DNA from: Vicugna vicugna
Taxonomy: Eukaryota
Reading direction: 5' to 3'
Length of the DNA: 64,000 bases
Assembly: GCA_013265495.1 (NCBI GenBank)
Contig: MU058557.1
Span: forward strand, 62,001 to 126,000
How positions within the stretch are numbered: the first letter of the stretch is position 1; each line of letters starts with the position of its first letter. Of the stretch, positions 26,338 through 39,630 are shown piece by piece. Under the pieces are notes generated by a model. The model saw only the letters and a program-made list of their open reading frames with translations. It had not been told where the DNA came from and ran no database searches. The position numbers and the translations under genes were made by a program.

Positions 26338-26440
26338 TGGGGGGTGATATAGCTCAGTGGTAGGGTGCACGCTTAGCATGCATGAGGTCCTGGGTGCAAT
26401 CCCCAGCATCTCCATTAAACACACACACACACACACACAC
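26338..26440 (+). mobile_element. tRNA-derived SINE (Vic-1-like) with (CA)n tail
   Basis: ATAGCTCAGTGGTAGG...GGTGCAATCCCCAGCATC followed by about 11 CA units. Confidence 0.85.
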
Positions 26441-26499
26441 AATGCAAAGTAGAAATGAAACAAAATGGGAAAACACACAGACTTGCATTAATTAGGGCC

Positions 26500-27080
26500 G
26501 CAGTTCCCAAACTGTGTGCCAAGGCACCACTGGGTGCCATAGAGAGTTCTCAGGGGTGCTACAGTGTATTTTAAACTTTTGAGGGAAACACAGGAATACA
26601 CACCATGTCAGACAGACACCTGGTGAACGACGCAGATGAGCTCAGAGTTTCAGTGCTAGATTGCACTGCTTTCCTTTCCAGGAAACCTCTTTGCAAAGCT
26701 GGCTTAGCAGCAGTGGCTGGAATAAGAAGCAAACATCTGGCCAAAATCCTCGTGGATCAGGTAACTCAGGTGGCAGTGTCCCATCTGATTAAGGTTTGAG
26801 AAGTTTTATGGAGTCTGACCATTTCAGACATCCTATTAATAAGCGGTTGTAGTTATTGAAGAATTAAAGGTTTTGGGTTTTTTTCAGTTTGTGTGTTCAT
26901 TTATTTTTGGTTTTGGTTTTGTTTTCCACTCTGCTACTACTAGGTTGTGAGCCCCTAAATACTTAGTAAGTCCTTTCGTCCTAATAAACACAAGTGTTAG
27001 GTATTTCTTTGGACCAAGGGGCACTGTGAAAAAATTACCGAGCCGTTACGCACCCCGTGAACTGAGGAAGAGCAGGAGCC
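26500..27080. mobile_element. Probable hAT/Charlie DNA transposon remnant
   Basis: CAGTTCCCAAACTGTGTGCCAAGGCACC..GGGTGCC start, and a GGGGCACTGTGAAAAAATTAC subterminal segment. Confidence 0.45.
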
Positions 27081-27299
27081 TGGGTTGTGGTGATGCCAGC
27101 TGCCGAAACAATCGGGTCCCAAGAAACGACTGCTGGGGAGGGCTGACCTCCACTGCTGTGCTCCGCCCAAGGGAGACGCCCCGGGTGCCAGCTGGTCCTG
27201 CACCTGGTGCCCCTCCAGGGTCTCTGGGGACTGCACAACTGTCCCCATCCTGCCCACACCTGGTTCTGGACAGCCTGGAAACCTGATAAAACCAGACTA

Positions 27300-27785
27300 G
27301 AAAGGAGCGTCCGCACCCTCATGGTCACCATAGCCTCATTCACAGTAGCCAAGAGCTGGGAGCAACCCAGATGTCCACAGAAATCTGAGTGGAGATGCCT
27401 CCTGAGGTCCACCCATAAAAGGAATATTTTTCAGCCGTAAAAAGGCAGGAAATCCTGATTCCTGCTAAAACATGGATGAACCTCGAGGACTTTGTGCTGA
27501 GTGAAATAAGGCAGTCCCAAACGGACAGATCCTGTCTGATTCCACTCAAGTGAAGTATCTCAAGTAGTCAGAATCGCAGGAATTGGAAGCAGAGTGGTCG
27601 CCAGGGGCTGGCGGAGGGGTCGGTGTTCAGTGGGGACAGCGTTTCAGGGCTGCAGGATGCAAACAGTTCTGGATGTCTGTAGCACAACAATGTGAATACA
27701 CAAAACACGACCGAACTGTACACTTAAAAATGGCCAAGGTGGTAAACTTAATGCTATGTGCTTTTTACCACAATGGGAAAAAAAC
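27300..27785 (+). mobile_element. Old L1M 3' end
   Basis: CAACCCAGATGTCCA..ACATGGATGAACCTCGAGGAC..CTGAGTGAAATAAG..CACTTAAAAATGG. Confidence 0.75.
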
Positions 27786-29641
27786 TGTCCCTGAAAGGAA
27801 AGGGGAAGAAAGTTGGGAATTGTAAATAAAGACCATAAGCAAACCAGAAAAGAAACAACTTGAAACTTAAAACACGAGCTGCCGGCTCACATGCCCCACA
27901 GCCAAGAGAGCCTCAGACCAGACCCCAAATCTACCAGAACCACCGGGCCCCAGGGCAGCACCCTCACCTGCCCTCTGGCTGAACCCCAGCTCTGCCCGCA
28001 GCGGCGCAGGAGGCCTTTCACAGTGAAGACAGGCCCTCCACCCTGCTCAGAAGACGCTCCAAAATCCTGACCTGGGGCCACGGGGGTCTGCAGCCCTTGC
28101 CCCTCCCCAGCCTCCTGTCTGAGCTCACACCCTACCTCCTCCCTGGCACACCCCACACAGCCCCTCATTTCACCTCGTCTCCTCGGCCTGGACCCCCCAC
28201 CCCGGGACACTCGGCATCCTGCCCTCCCCTCCTTCAGGCCTCAGATTTCCCTCCCGCCTCCAGGCAGGACTCCTCTGACCACCATCCTCTGTCACCTGGC
28301 CCCCCATCACCCTGCACGTCCATGGCCACCAGTCCCCTTAGTGCTCATGCGTTTATGGTGTCTGCTCTCTCCCCTGACACCAACGGGTGGCCCTGTGCCC
28401 TACCCCAGCCCTGGGCTGGCTCACATCAGGCACCCCATGAATCCCAGCTGACAGATGAATGGAGAAATGGCCCAGCTTGGCCAGGAAGGGACAGAGGACA
28501 GTGGCCACTGCACTCACCACCCAAGAGCCTGCTGGGGGCCCAGGAGTGCAGGGCCACGACAGCATGGTCGCCAGCCTTGTGGCCACAGCCGCAGGCAAGG
28601 ACACGGTGGAGGGAGCTATGGACCAAGGTCACCAACCACGCCCACCAACAGGACTTCTCTCCTAAATGCCACCAAGAAATGGCCCCTCCACCTAAACCTG
28701 GACTTCAGCAGAACACTGGGAACACCCCTCAGGCATCCACTCAGAGGCTCAGCCTGCAGGGGCCCGCAGGGACCGTGGTCCTGACCAGTCAGCCTCCCAG
28801 CCAGCCACACCCCGCAGCCAAGGTCAATCCAAAGTCACCCAGTGCAAACGAGGACAAGAAAGAGGGAAGCCAGCCAGCGGGCAGCAAGGCCGGGAGCCCG
28901 AAGGACCATAATGCTGGAGGCGACAGAGCGTGTGTGCAGGCACGGCCACGGGGGTGCACATGATGTCATGTCCAACACAAGCAGCAGACACCACACTGGT
29001 GAGTGTGAGTCAAAGTAGGACCTGCGACCGCCGCGGCCCCCGTGGCCCCCGCGGCGCGGCCCTCGCTGTCCTGAGGTGACGCCCAGGATGCAAATCCCTC
29101 CCCTGCCCGCGTCATGGCTGTTCTGCTTCTTAAGGTCTCCTTGTATGTCACCTTCTGCGACATGCTTGTGTTTTCTCAGGCTCTGAGTTTCTGACTCCGG
29201 ACCCCAGGAGGCCACCACGCTGCCCCCACCACGGCGCTCCCTCGTCCACTCTCCTTGGCCAACTAGTGGGACCTCCCATGTTCCGCTCTGGCCCCCGAGA
29301 CGGCCGAGAGCCTCCCAGGGTGAATCCACCCAGCCCTGCACACCAGCCCGAGCTCAGACTCACTCAGGTGTCTCTGCGCGTCCTGGTTACAGCCAAGGCG
29401 CATGACTCACTCATCTGGCTCCCTGGCCCCTCTTCTCCGCAGCGCCTGCCCCAGGGTTTTGCTCAGTGGCCTCCGTCTTTCTCCCAGTGACAGAGAGCTG
29501 TCTGCTCCTGCCGACCCTTCACAGGCTGTGATGTCACAGCTGCTCTGCCTGGTCCTCTCGCTGTCTTGCAGGGTCTTTTCATGAGCAGGTTTCTAGTCTT
29601 GACAGAGTCTGTCTTATCCGCAGTCTTCGAAAATCACTCCC

Positions 29642-29985
29642 CCTTTCCAGCGGTGACAACCTCCCCACGGGAACATGCCTCTCGCAAAGCTCCTTCATCC
29701 CTCTCCTGAAGAGAAGAGGAAACGCAAGAAGCAGCGCCTGGTGCAGAGCCCCAGCTCCTGTTTCATGGGTGTGAAACGCCCAGGACGCTGTACAGTCACC
29801 ACCGTCTTTAGCCATGTACAAACAGTAGCTTCGTGTGTTGGCTGCTCTGCTGTCCTCTGCAGCCTACAGGAGTTACAGAAGGATGCTCCTTCAGACGGAC
29901 GCAGCACTAAAAGCATCCTGTGTCAAGATGGATGGGAAACCAGCCCAATAAACACATTTTGGATTAAAAAAAGAAAGAAAGAAAA
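29642..29985 (+). pseudogene. RPS27: Processed ribosomal protein S27 pseudogene
   Basis: 5' TOP CCTTTCC, ATG at 29675 ([16 protein letters not shown]...RLVQSP), with deletions, a frameshift and lost zinc-finger cysteines. AATAAA at 29947, A-rich tail, and 13-bp TSD GAAAATCACTCCC at 29629-29641 and 29986-29998. Confidence 0.95.
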
Positions 29986-30425
29986 GAAAATCACTCCCAA
30001 GAGCAGCATGGAGTCCTTACCTCCTGCAGCGCTGTCTCTGCATCCTGGGGTGAACCCTGTGGTCCGGAGTCGCGTCCTCACGTGGACACGGTGACACACA
30101 CTCACGCAGGGCAGCCCTCACTGCCCGAGGCCAGACTCCTGTGCACGTGGACCCACAACGCCCCCACCATCTGTCCCATGAGTCCGGGGGGAGGGTGGGC
30201 AAGGTCTCAGCCCATGTCAGGCCTGTAAAGCTGACATGTCACAGGAAGGAGACTGAAGTTGCTGACCAGGGCAGTGGGGTGGGGGGAGTGTCGGAGGTGG
30301 CAGTCTGTGTGAGGACTGAAGTCCAGGGCGGACTTTCCCCACAGCCTCCTGCCTGCCCACGCCTGATCTCAGCCTGGCGAGACCCCAACTTAGACCTGCA
30401 GGGTTCAGTACAGGAACACAACTTC

Positions 30426-30629
30426 TTCTCTCTTTCTTTTTTTTTTTTAACATTTTTATTGATTTATAATCATTTTACAACGTTGTGTCAAATTCCAGTG
30501 TAGAGCACAATTTCTCAGTCATACATGAACATACATACATTTATTGTCACATTTTTTCCTCTGTGAGCAACCTAAGATCTTGTGTATATTTCCCTGTGCT
30601 GTACAGTACAATCTTGTTTATCCACAGCG
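30426..30629 (-). mobile_element. 5'-truncated, relatively young L1 3' end
   Basis: Poly(T) followed by TTTTTATTGATTTATAATC..., with TSD ACACAACTTC at 30416-30425 and 30630-30639. Confidence 0.7.
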
Positions 30630-32316
30630 ACACAACTTCCACACTTCTCCAGCCACTGACTGTGGGGACAGTGCGGGCCCAGGCCTGCCGCCTGCCGCCT
30701 CGGGAGGCCCCTGCTCCTCTGCGGCCACTGCTTCCCATGGGCTTGGCCTCTCAGGCCGGTGCCACCTCGTGCACTTTGGAATCACCAGCTGAACTCCCAC
30801 AGACATGCTTGGGATTTTGACTGGAATTGTACTGAACCTACAGGTTGATCTGAGAAGTGACAGCTCCATGATGCTGAGTTTCTGAAAGTCAGGTTCCCGA
30901 GGGCCAGTGGCCGTCTCAACTCCACAGAGTCCACAGAAGGCAGAGTTTTAGGTGGACTCATTTCCAGGATGAGGTTTCTGTCCAGCAGTCAGGAGGATGG
31001 CTGAGGGCATAGCAGGGAGGGGTCCAGAAGTGGCGTCAAAAACTCCAAGGGCTGCAGGCAGAGGGCCAGGGTCCCGGTGCCCTGGACCCCAACTGGGACC
31101 AGCAGGGAGCCCTTAAGAGGAGCTGGGAAGGGGAGCCAGGGGCGTGGAGGGAACGGCTCTGGCCAGGAGGGGTGGGCATGGGCCCAGGGGCTCTCTGGGG
31201 CCAGCCCCATGAGGAGAGGATCAGAGATGCGCTCCTGAGGCCAAGGACAGTGCAGAAGCTCCACAGGGGTGTCCTCTGCTCCAACCCTTGGACAAAGGAG
31301 GGCCAGACTGGCCAAGTCGGGCTGGCGCCTGAGCTGGTGCCTGGGTGCGAGCCATCACACTCCCAGGCAGCCAGGAAAAGCCGGTGAGGGAAGGCTGGGG
31401 GTGGGCGGGGGCTGGAAGTCACCTCTGGCCTGAGCAGTAGGTGGCTGACGGGCTCCTTCGCCTGTTCAGCAGCTGGTAGGGGTTCGACTGACCTGGTAAG
31501 AGGGGAGCCTGGCCAGGGAGGCAGGGCTGAGGCTGCCTGTGTCTGCTGGGGTCAGGGGTGGGCGCTGGGACTCCCAGCCTCCTGGGATGGAGAGGGGCCT
31601 GTTCTGGCAGGCTGGGGACACATCCCCTGGACACAGATGGCTCTTTGTCAGAGCAGAGCCCAGCTCCCCAGGCAGGCTAGGGAACAAAGCCCCCTCTGTA
31701 CACAGTGGCCTCCCCCTCCCCCTCAGGGTGCCACCCCAGGAAAGGAGAAACCGTCCCCACTCCAGGCTCCCATCAGGTGACCCTGCCTCCCACCACACCC
31801 CCTCCCAAGCACAGGCATGGCCCAGGCAGGGTGTGAGGGTGTCGGGATGAAGGGTCCAGGGGGTATCCAGGGCCATCTCCTCCCCGAGGGCCCTGGCTGA
31901 GCCCACCCTAAGCTGCAGGCCATGCCTGTCCCTCCAGCATCCAGGCAGCCCTGGACCAGCCCAGCCTCAGCCACCACTGCCCCTGGCCTGAAGGCAGCAC
32001 CCCCCAAAAGGGGGCAGAGGGACAGCCAGGAGCCTCACCCCTGCAAGGAGGTCTCCACATCTTATTTCTGGGTCCTCTCTGGATCCTGAATGCCCGCAGC
32101 CACCCCAATGGGCCTGTCATGGTCTCCTCAGAGGGGACAGCCCAGGCCTGCCCCCAGTACTGCAGGCCAAGTGGGACCAGCCCCAGGGCCCAGAGTGAGC
32201 ACACTGGGCTGTGAGTCTGTGTTACCTCAGCAGCCACCCAGCCCTGGAATCTGTCCCTCAGGGCCCAGCCAGGCTGAGCAGGCTCAGTGCCCCGAGGAAG
32301 GATGCGCTGCCGGCCC

Positions 32317-35300
32317 TCAGCGTCCAGGCGGTGGGATCCAGATGAGGCCAGGCAGGGTTCCCACCAGTCTGGCCAGCTCCTGCCGACACTGACCTTGTAG
32401 CTGGCCCAGCACCACCTCCAGGCAGGCCTCCCGGCTCCTTAGAACCTCAATCACCTCAGTGGCCTGCAGGCCCCGGCCCTCAGGGGCCCCAGCCTCAGTC
32501 CTCACCAGCCGGTGGGGCCCATGGGGCTGGGCCAGGCCCCCTCCTCGCTCCCAGGCCCACTGCAGAGCCACCAGGTCCTGTCTCACGGCCTCCTGCAAGG
32601 CCCGCCTTGAGGCGCTCCACTCCGGCCCGTGGCCTCCAACCTGCACAGAAGACGTCGCAAGTGAGCCCAGGGCGGCCAGCCCCACCCAGGACACTGGCTC
32701 CAGGCACCCCTGGCTCTCAGAGCCCTGACACCACCCCAGCAGTCCTGCAGCCCCTACCAGGGCCTCGAGGAGGGCTGACAGCCCAGATTCCACTGCTCCC
32801 AGGGAGGAGGGACTAACCCCAGTGCCAGCTCAAAGGCCTGGCCCCTCCAGGCTCTGCGTCACCCTCACCGAGCACATCAGCCTGAGCCAGAGGCTGTGAG
32901 GTTCCAGGGACAGGGCCTGAGCCCTCAGGGCCGCCCAGCTGCAGGCCCAGCTCTTTCACCGGGTACTGCGAGGGGAGTGGGCCCGGCTGCTCCCAGCAGA
33001 CCTGTTCAGAGCCCAGAGGGCAGACCCTCGGGACAGCCCCAACCCTCTCCTTCCCCGACTCCAGGGCCAGCCTCCCACCACCCACCTACCCATCCTCTGC
33101 TGTATCCACATTTCCCCTTTGCACTTCCCTCCCGGAGGGGCGGCACGGAGTGGGCCTGGCCCAAGGGGACGCAAGGCTGAGGGGACACTGGGCCGAGGGC
33201 ACAGCTGGTGAGGCCACTCCAGTCCTTAGGGCAGAACCCACCCCGGAGACCCTGCAGGCAGCTGGGAGTGCAGACAGGCTGTGCCCTCTGTGTCCCCAGG
33301 AGCTGCCTGGACCCCACCCCTCAGTGGGCACTGCTCCAAGGTTCCCAAGAAGGAAGCATCAGAAGCCCTGAGCCCTGACAAGCAGCAGTGTCACTTTCTG
33401 CAAGAAACTGCCTGCAAACATCCACAGTGCCCGAGCTGTCACTGCCCAAGAGGAGAGGGGCTCCAACTTGGCCCAGCCAGAGGGGACCTGGCCACGCATG
33501 CCCTGAAGAGCTGAGGCTGCAAGGCCCAAGGAAATACCCTTGCTGTCCAGGGGCGCGTGGAAGACTTTAAGGGGAAAATCATGCCTGCAGTTTAAGACGC
33601 TTCAGAAAAAAGAAAGGAGATGCAGTGCCTGGGGCCCACCATTCACAGCCACAAACACAGGTGCTCACCCAGTCCTGCTCATGGAGAGAGGCTGGGGGGG
33701 CCCACGTGTCCACTAGCAGGTCAAACGGGTCGTAGGGCCTGGGCAAAGTTGGGGGACAACACCATCATGGCCCTGGGAGAACGAACACCCTCCAAGAGGG
33801 TGGGTGGGGCCTGGAGTGGCTGGGGTGGGGCAGCGGGGGCTCCTCCCCTGCACCCTCTGGCCCGGGGTCTGGCACGTGAGTGCACCTCTTCTAGGCTGTC
33901 AAATGCACCCCGGAGCAGCACCCCAAGCCCTCACCCTGGCCTCCCAGGCCGCCCACCGGGGCTCCGCCGCTCCCTGCAGCTCCTCCTGCAGGGCCTGCAG
34001 CTCCCGCACCACCAGCTCCAACTCTGCAGCCCCCTGCGCGGGGATCTTGGGCAGAAACGTGGGCTGTGAGGCCTCCGGGGGGCAGGCGCCCAGGACTGTG
34101 TCCTGCAGAGAGAGACCCCAGGGAGAGAGTGGGCGGCAGGCCCAGCTCCCCAGCCAGCAGGTACAGCAGCCACCCCTCCCCCAGGTCTGGGTCACAGTGA
34201 GCTGACATCAACCATCACCCGCCACAGGCCGGGAGGCTGAAACCCCTGTGAAGTCTGGGCCTCCTCAGCACTGGGAAGGGTGGGTGATGGGACAGACGGA
34301 CATCTGGAAAGAGTCCAAGATTCAAAGCCAACAGGCCTAGTGTAAAGTCGGCTTCATGGCTGGGTTTGGGGCGCTTCCTTGAGACTCCTCTTCAGGTCTG
34401 GAAAATGGAAAGCCGCCCTCCACCACCCAGAGTTGCTGTGGTCAGACCAGGAAAGTGGACAGGAAGGGAGGTGGGTGGCATGGGCTTCCTGACCATCCAC
34501 TGCCAGAAGACCAGCTCCCGGCGCCGCCACTCCAGGGCCGCCTCCAGGCGCACATTCTCACGCTCCAGCCTCTGCAGCAGCTGGAACACAAACCATCAGG
34601 GGAGAAAGAAGCCTGCCGGCTTCACACTCCCAGCACCAGGACCATGCCTGCCACCCTCTGGCCTCGGAGCCCAGTCGCCCCAGTCACCCCACCCACTCAG
34701 CCCACCCGCTGGCCGAGCAACCTCCTTTAGGGGCAGAGCAGCCTCTCCTCCAGGCACGACCAGGTCTCAGACCACACCAATGGGCCCCTTGCCAGCCCCC
34801 ACCACCAGGCCTGCGGGGTCAGGGACTGAGTCCAGGTACCCCCTCCCTCGGGACCTCCACCCCACATCCCTCGCTGGCTGGTGGCTGCACCCTGGAGGCC
34901 TCAGGCATATGGGGCGGCCCCAGACAGAGGAGACTACTGGGCTCTGGAAATCGCTACCCGGTAACCTCGTGAACCCCAAAGGCAGGGCAGAGGCTGTGAG
35001 GTGCCCATCTCGGAGGTGACGGAGGATGGGCAGGGTGGAGACCGCAGCCGCACAGCACTCGAGAGGGCGGGGAGCTCTGCCCAGCTCCCCACCCTACCCC
35101 CGTGGCAAGCACAGCCCTGCACCCTCCGACCCTGCATCAACGCGCATGCGCTCGAGCAGCCCGCAGGGTCCAGTGTTCCCACGTGCCTGCACACAGCGGC
35201 GTGCTGCCGCACCGCCGGCCCGGCCTCAACCTTGGGAAGCCTGGCAGCCGCGAGGGGCCCTGCCCACCACACAGCCAAGGCCCACGCGGCCCACCCCGGG

Positions 35301-38300
35301 GAGGGCAGTTCAGCCTCTCAGCGCCCGCCCGCCTCCTGTCCCACCGGGAAGGCCCAGGCCAGCCCCCGCCGTGGCTCCTTTCTGAAGACAGCAGCCGGCA
35401 CAACGCCCCGGCCTTCCACACGGCTCCTTCTATTGGAGAGAGCCCCAGACAAACGGCCAGCACGCGGCGGCTGCCCTGTCGGCAGACGAGCTCTGTCAGG
35501 CCGCCACTTGCACAGGGCCGGTGCATGTGCTCTCGGCCATGTGCACCTAGGACCCAGAGTCTCCCCTGGCCGGGGGGGTGGGGGGACCCTGCTTGGCTCC
35601 CCAATCCTGCCCCACCCCTGGCTCCACAAGGAACCCAGAGTGCTGGCCAGGCAGCCAGGGGCTTGCCACAGCTAGAACGTGGGGGGCTCCCAGGCCGGGG
35701 GTCGGGATAGGGGCGGCTGTGAACACCAGGCCAAGACCCAGCCCGTGGCGAGTGAAGGAGGGCAGAGGCAGGCCTGCAGGAGAACCGCCCTGCGGCCTGG
35801 GGGAGCACAGAGCCCAGAAGGGCTGTGGGCCATGGAAGGTGGCTGCCCATACCTCACACCTACACACACCTGCTGGCCAGTGAGAAGAGCAGCTAATTTG
35901 GTTTCCAAGAACAGTCCCAGAGGGTGCCCCCCACCCCACCCCACCCAGGTCATGGAAAAGGGGACAGGCATTCAGGCCCCCTGCACCACCCCCACCTGTG
36001 GGCTGGCCCCCAATTCTGGAGTCTCCGGAGGCAGCCTCCTCCCCATCTCACCCACACTGCCTAGGATGGGGGCAGGGAGGAGGCACAGGGATGTGAGAAG
36101 GCTGCAGGCCCAGCCAGTAACCAAGGACGCTGCCCAGCCACTCCACAGCATGTCTGGCTGCTCACAGAGGAACTAGAGATCATTCCAGAAGCTTCTGGGG
36201 CCCATCCCAAGAGCGCAGACCCTTCACGTAGGCTGATCCAGGCTTCCACCAGCTCCCTATCCAGATACATTGGAAGGAAGCCAACCACGGCCCCCACGCA
36301 CCTGGCCACGCCATCTTCAGTCCTGTGGCACCAGCGTGCACCAGCCTCTAGGAGGAGGGGGAAGCCACACCCACACGGCCCCACCATCCCCTCAGAGGCT
36401 AGGGTCCCAGGCAGCACCAGGCGGGAACTGGCCTGCCCTCTGCTCCATCCAACCAGGGGAACCAGAGGCAGGAAGCCCAGGCTTCGCTGAGTCACCCCTA
36501 AAAGGCGACTGAGCCAAGGGCATCTCAGTACACCCAGCTGCTGCCTCAGCTCCTCCAGTGCCAAGCACAGGATGCCCAGGAGGGACAGCCAGGCATCACC
36601 CAGGAACCTGGGCTGGGCAGGTGACCTGTGGGAGCCGCCCTGACCCCACAAAGGGGATGCAGATTCCCCAGGAGTACGCGGCTTTACAGCTGGGATCTGC
36701 TCGGTCTGGAAGGAGGGGCCACACCCAGTCCTGAGCCTCAGCCGTTCTGCCTGACCAAGTCTCCCTAGACCGCGCAGTGCCAAGCCTCACACTCTGGACA
36801 GGCCAGACCCCAGCCCTCACGTAATGACCAGCCCTGAGCCAGTCCCAGGACCCCCTGGCCATGACGGCCCAAGGGAGGGAAACAATGATGATGGATACGG
36901 GGCTCCTGGAAAGAAGGACAGCAGAGGGTAGGGACCCCCCCCCACCCTTGGGCCCCTGTTCATCACCAGGTGACACCTGCACGGGCTCAAGGCACCAACA
37001 CCATCAGCTAGGACCCTTGAGTGGTCTTCCTTAACTCCTAAACTCCCCTCAGCTGGCTGCCAGCACAGCCCAGGTGCCTGCGCTCCTCTCACCCTGACTG
37101 TACTCAGCCATGTGCGCACACACAGCAACCAGTCAACTGCTACAGCCCTGGACAGCCCAGGGGGCAGCAGAGGGCCTGAGGCTGGGCCTGTCACCAACAC
37201 CGGCAGATGGTGAGCTCAGCCAACACCAACACCCACAGCTCAAAGCTGGTCCACTGCCTGAGCCCTCCCCCCAGCCCACTTCCCACCTTGGGCAACGCCC
37301 ACCTTGGTCCCACCAGCCCTCACCTGCTGGCCACCCTCCGGGTCCCTGAGCAGCTCCGTTTCAGTGACAGACAGGTGGCCAAGGCTACGGTCACTGTGGC
37401 AGCCGCGGGTGTATGAGTGGATCTGAAACAGGTAGCGCAGACCCCAGGCTGAGCGGGGGCGGGCGCCTCCCCCAGCACTAGGCAGGGACCTTACAGACAA
37501 GGAAACAGGGTTCAGAGAGGGTGAGGCTCAGGAGAATAGTCAGCACCTCTGACAGCCCCCACCCCGTGGCCTCCCCACCAGGTCCCAGGAGTGCAGGAGG
37601 GGTGGAGTGGGGCACCCCTGCTTCCTCCTCAGCTCATTGAGTGCCAGGCCCATGTTGGGGAGAGAAACAGCCTCTGGATAGGCTCAGTGGTCCAGTGAGG
37701 TGAATGGCAGGGACACAGACTATCTGGGTCTGGGGGGCCAGGGAGGGCATCTCAGTGAGGTTGAGGCCTGAAGGCAGCAGGGAGGTCAACAGGTAGGCAT
37801 GTCCCAAGCAGGGGGAGTGGCAGGAGCCCAGGTGGGACAAGAGGGAGTGAGGGGTCCCAGGAAAGGCTGGCTGAGCAAAAGACAGGCTGGGGGGTTCTAG
37901 CACCAAAGAGCCCTGTGCCACCTGCCCAGTCACCTCTCAGCCCAGACCATGCAGTGGGCCTGTGGGGGACATCTGTGCCCCACAGGTCAGCTCTACCGGC
38001 CTGCAGGAACCCTGCAGGAGCTGCCCACCACCATGACCCCACACCCAGACGTGGTGGGAGAAGGGGGTGCCCGCCTCCCTATCTCATGTCCAGGCAGCAG
38101 CAGCTCCCCAGGGCCCAGAGTCCACCACGTTGCGCAGTGACACAGAGTATAAGGCTTCTGGTGACATCTGGGGACAGGAAAGCCAACCCTGCAGGCTCCC
38201 TGCCCCTCTGGTTCCCTGCCCCACCGATGCCCAGCAACACCTGCTCTAGGCCCCCTAATGGGGGCCCCTCCAGGACAACCTGGAGCCCTAGGTTCAGGCT

Positions 38301-39630
38301 CTGGGCCACTCCAGGGCAGTGCCCAAATGGTCAGCCCCCAGCCTAGGAAGGCTCACATCCAGCCAAAGGCCGGGCTGCAGCCTGAATTGGGAATGCTAGA
38401 AAGCCACAGGCAGGAGAGGCAGCCTGCCAGGCTGTAGCACAGAGGACAACTGCCCCGGGTGGACAATGCACAGTGGCACTACCTTGCCCAGGAGGGCACA
38501 CTGCTCCTGCTGACTGGCCATCAGCTTTCGCCACCGGAACCGCAGCTTTCCCATCAGCCACTGCAGGTGGCGGATGTCCACACAGCCGTCTGCTTCCACA
38601 CTGGGTACAGCTGGGCCTGGGCTGGCCAGGGACTCACACTGGGGAGGGGGCAAGGGTCACGCCCTGCTCCCACACCCCAAGCAGAGACCCCGAAGGGGAA
38701 AGAGAAAGGAGGCCCCTGCGAGTGAGAGCCGTGAGGTCTTGGGAGCTCCAGAAAGAGTCAGGGACAGGCCCTGTGGGCACCACACCTCACCCTGCCCTGC
38801 CTCCCTGCACTCAACGGGCACCAATACCGACCCCCCACAGGGCTGACCCGGGGATCCGGCGCCTGCACCCAAGATTCCGGCCTCACCCTGCACCCACCTC
38901 GCACACTGGCATCTCGTCGCCCAGCCGCACCCGGCTCTGGGCCAGCAGCTGCTCGAGCGTCGGCCCGCGGGCCAGGAGCCAGGCCAGGGCCAGCAGCAGC
39001 TCGCGGCCGCCCTGGGAGCCGTCGTCAGGGAGCTGTGCCAGCGCGCGCCTAGGGTAGCCCTGGAAGCGCAGCGCTGCCTTCACCGAGCGGGCCTGGGCCT
39101 CTGCGGCAGGAGACGCCAACTCAGGGGGGCCACCGACTGCAGGTGACACCACTCAGACCCTTAAGGGACTCCCGCGCGACCCCAGAGCAGAGGCCACGCT
39201 TGGAAGGCGCAACCAGGGTCACTGGGACTTAACCAGGAGGCGCGGAGGGGTCCGGGCTTCCCGGCGGGTCTGAAAGGGAGGCGGGGGAGTCAGGGCCTCC
39301 AGGGCGCGCCTTGCAGGGAGGCGGGGCTTACCCAGGGCAAGCGAGGGGGAGGCGCCGTCGGCGGGCATCGGCGAGAGCACGCAGAAGAGCAGCCGCCAGA
39401 GTGCAGGGGCCTGCGGGGATCAAAGGGCGACGGTCAGCGGGGCCGGCCGCCTCTCTGCATCCGCCCAGAGCCTCCGCGGGCCTCACCGCCTCCGGACGGT
39501 CGAACTTGGCGCGGCGAAAGGTCTCGGGGCTGGGCCCGGTAGGCAGCGTCCGAGTGAGCACGGCGATGGCCTCAGGCAGGGCCCGGGCTGCGTCCGCGGG
39601 GTCCACCCGGCGCCGCCGCCGTCGCCCCAT
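32317..39630 (-). CDS. TEDC1: Tubulin epsilon and delta complex protein 1 (C14orf80), 8 coding exons, 419 aa
   Basis: Exons 39630-39487, 39410-39332, 39100-38898, 38638-38483, 37422-37324, 34580-34494, 34102-33935 and 32640-32317. All introns are GT-AG with consistent phases. Protein MGRRRRRRVDP...FRRAKFDRPEA...RELLLALAWLLARGP...QGQCRQELARLVGTLPGLIWIPPPGR*. Synteny matches. Confidence 0.93.

Noticed and set aside
32061..32066. AATAAG as the TEDC1 poly(A) signal
   Set aside because: Plausible position but non-canonical; cannot be supported without 3'-end data.
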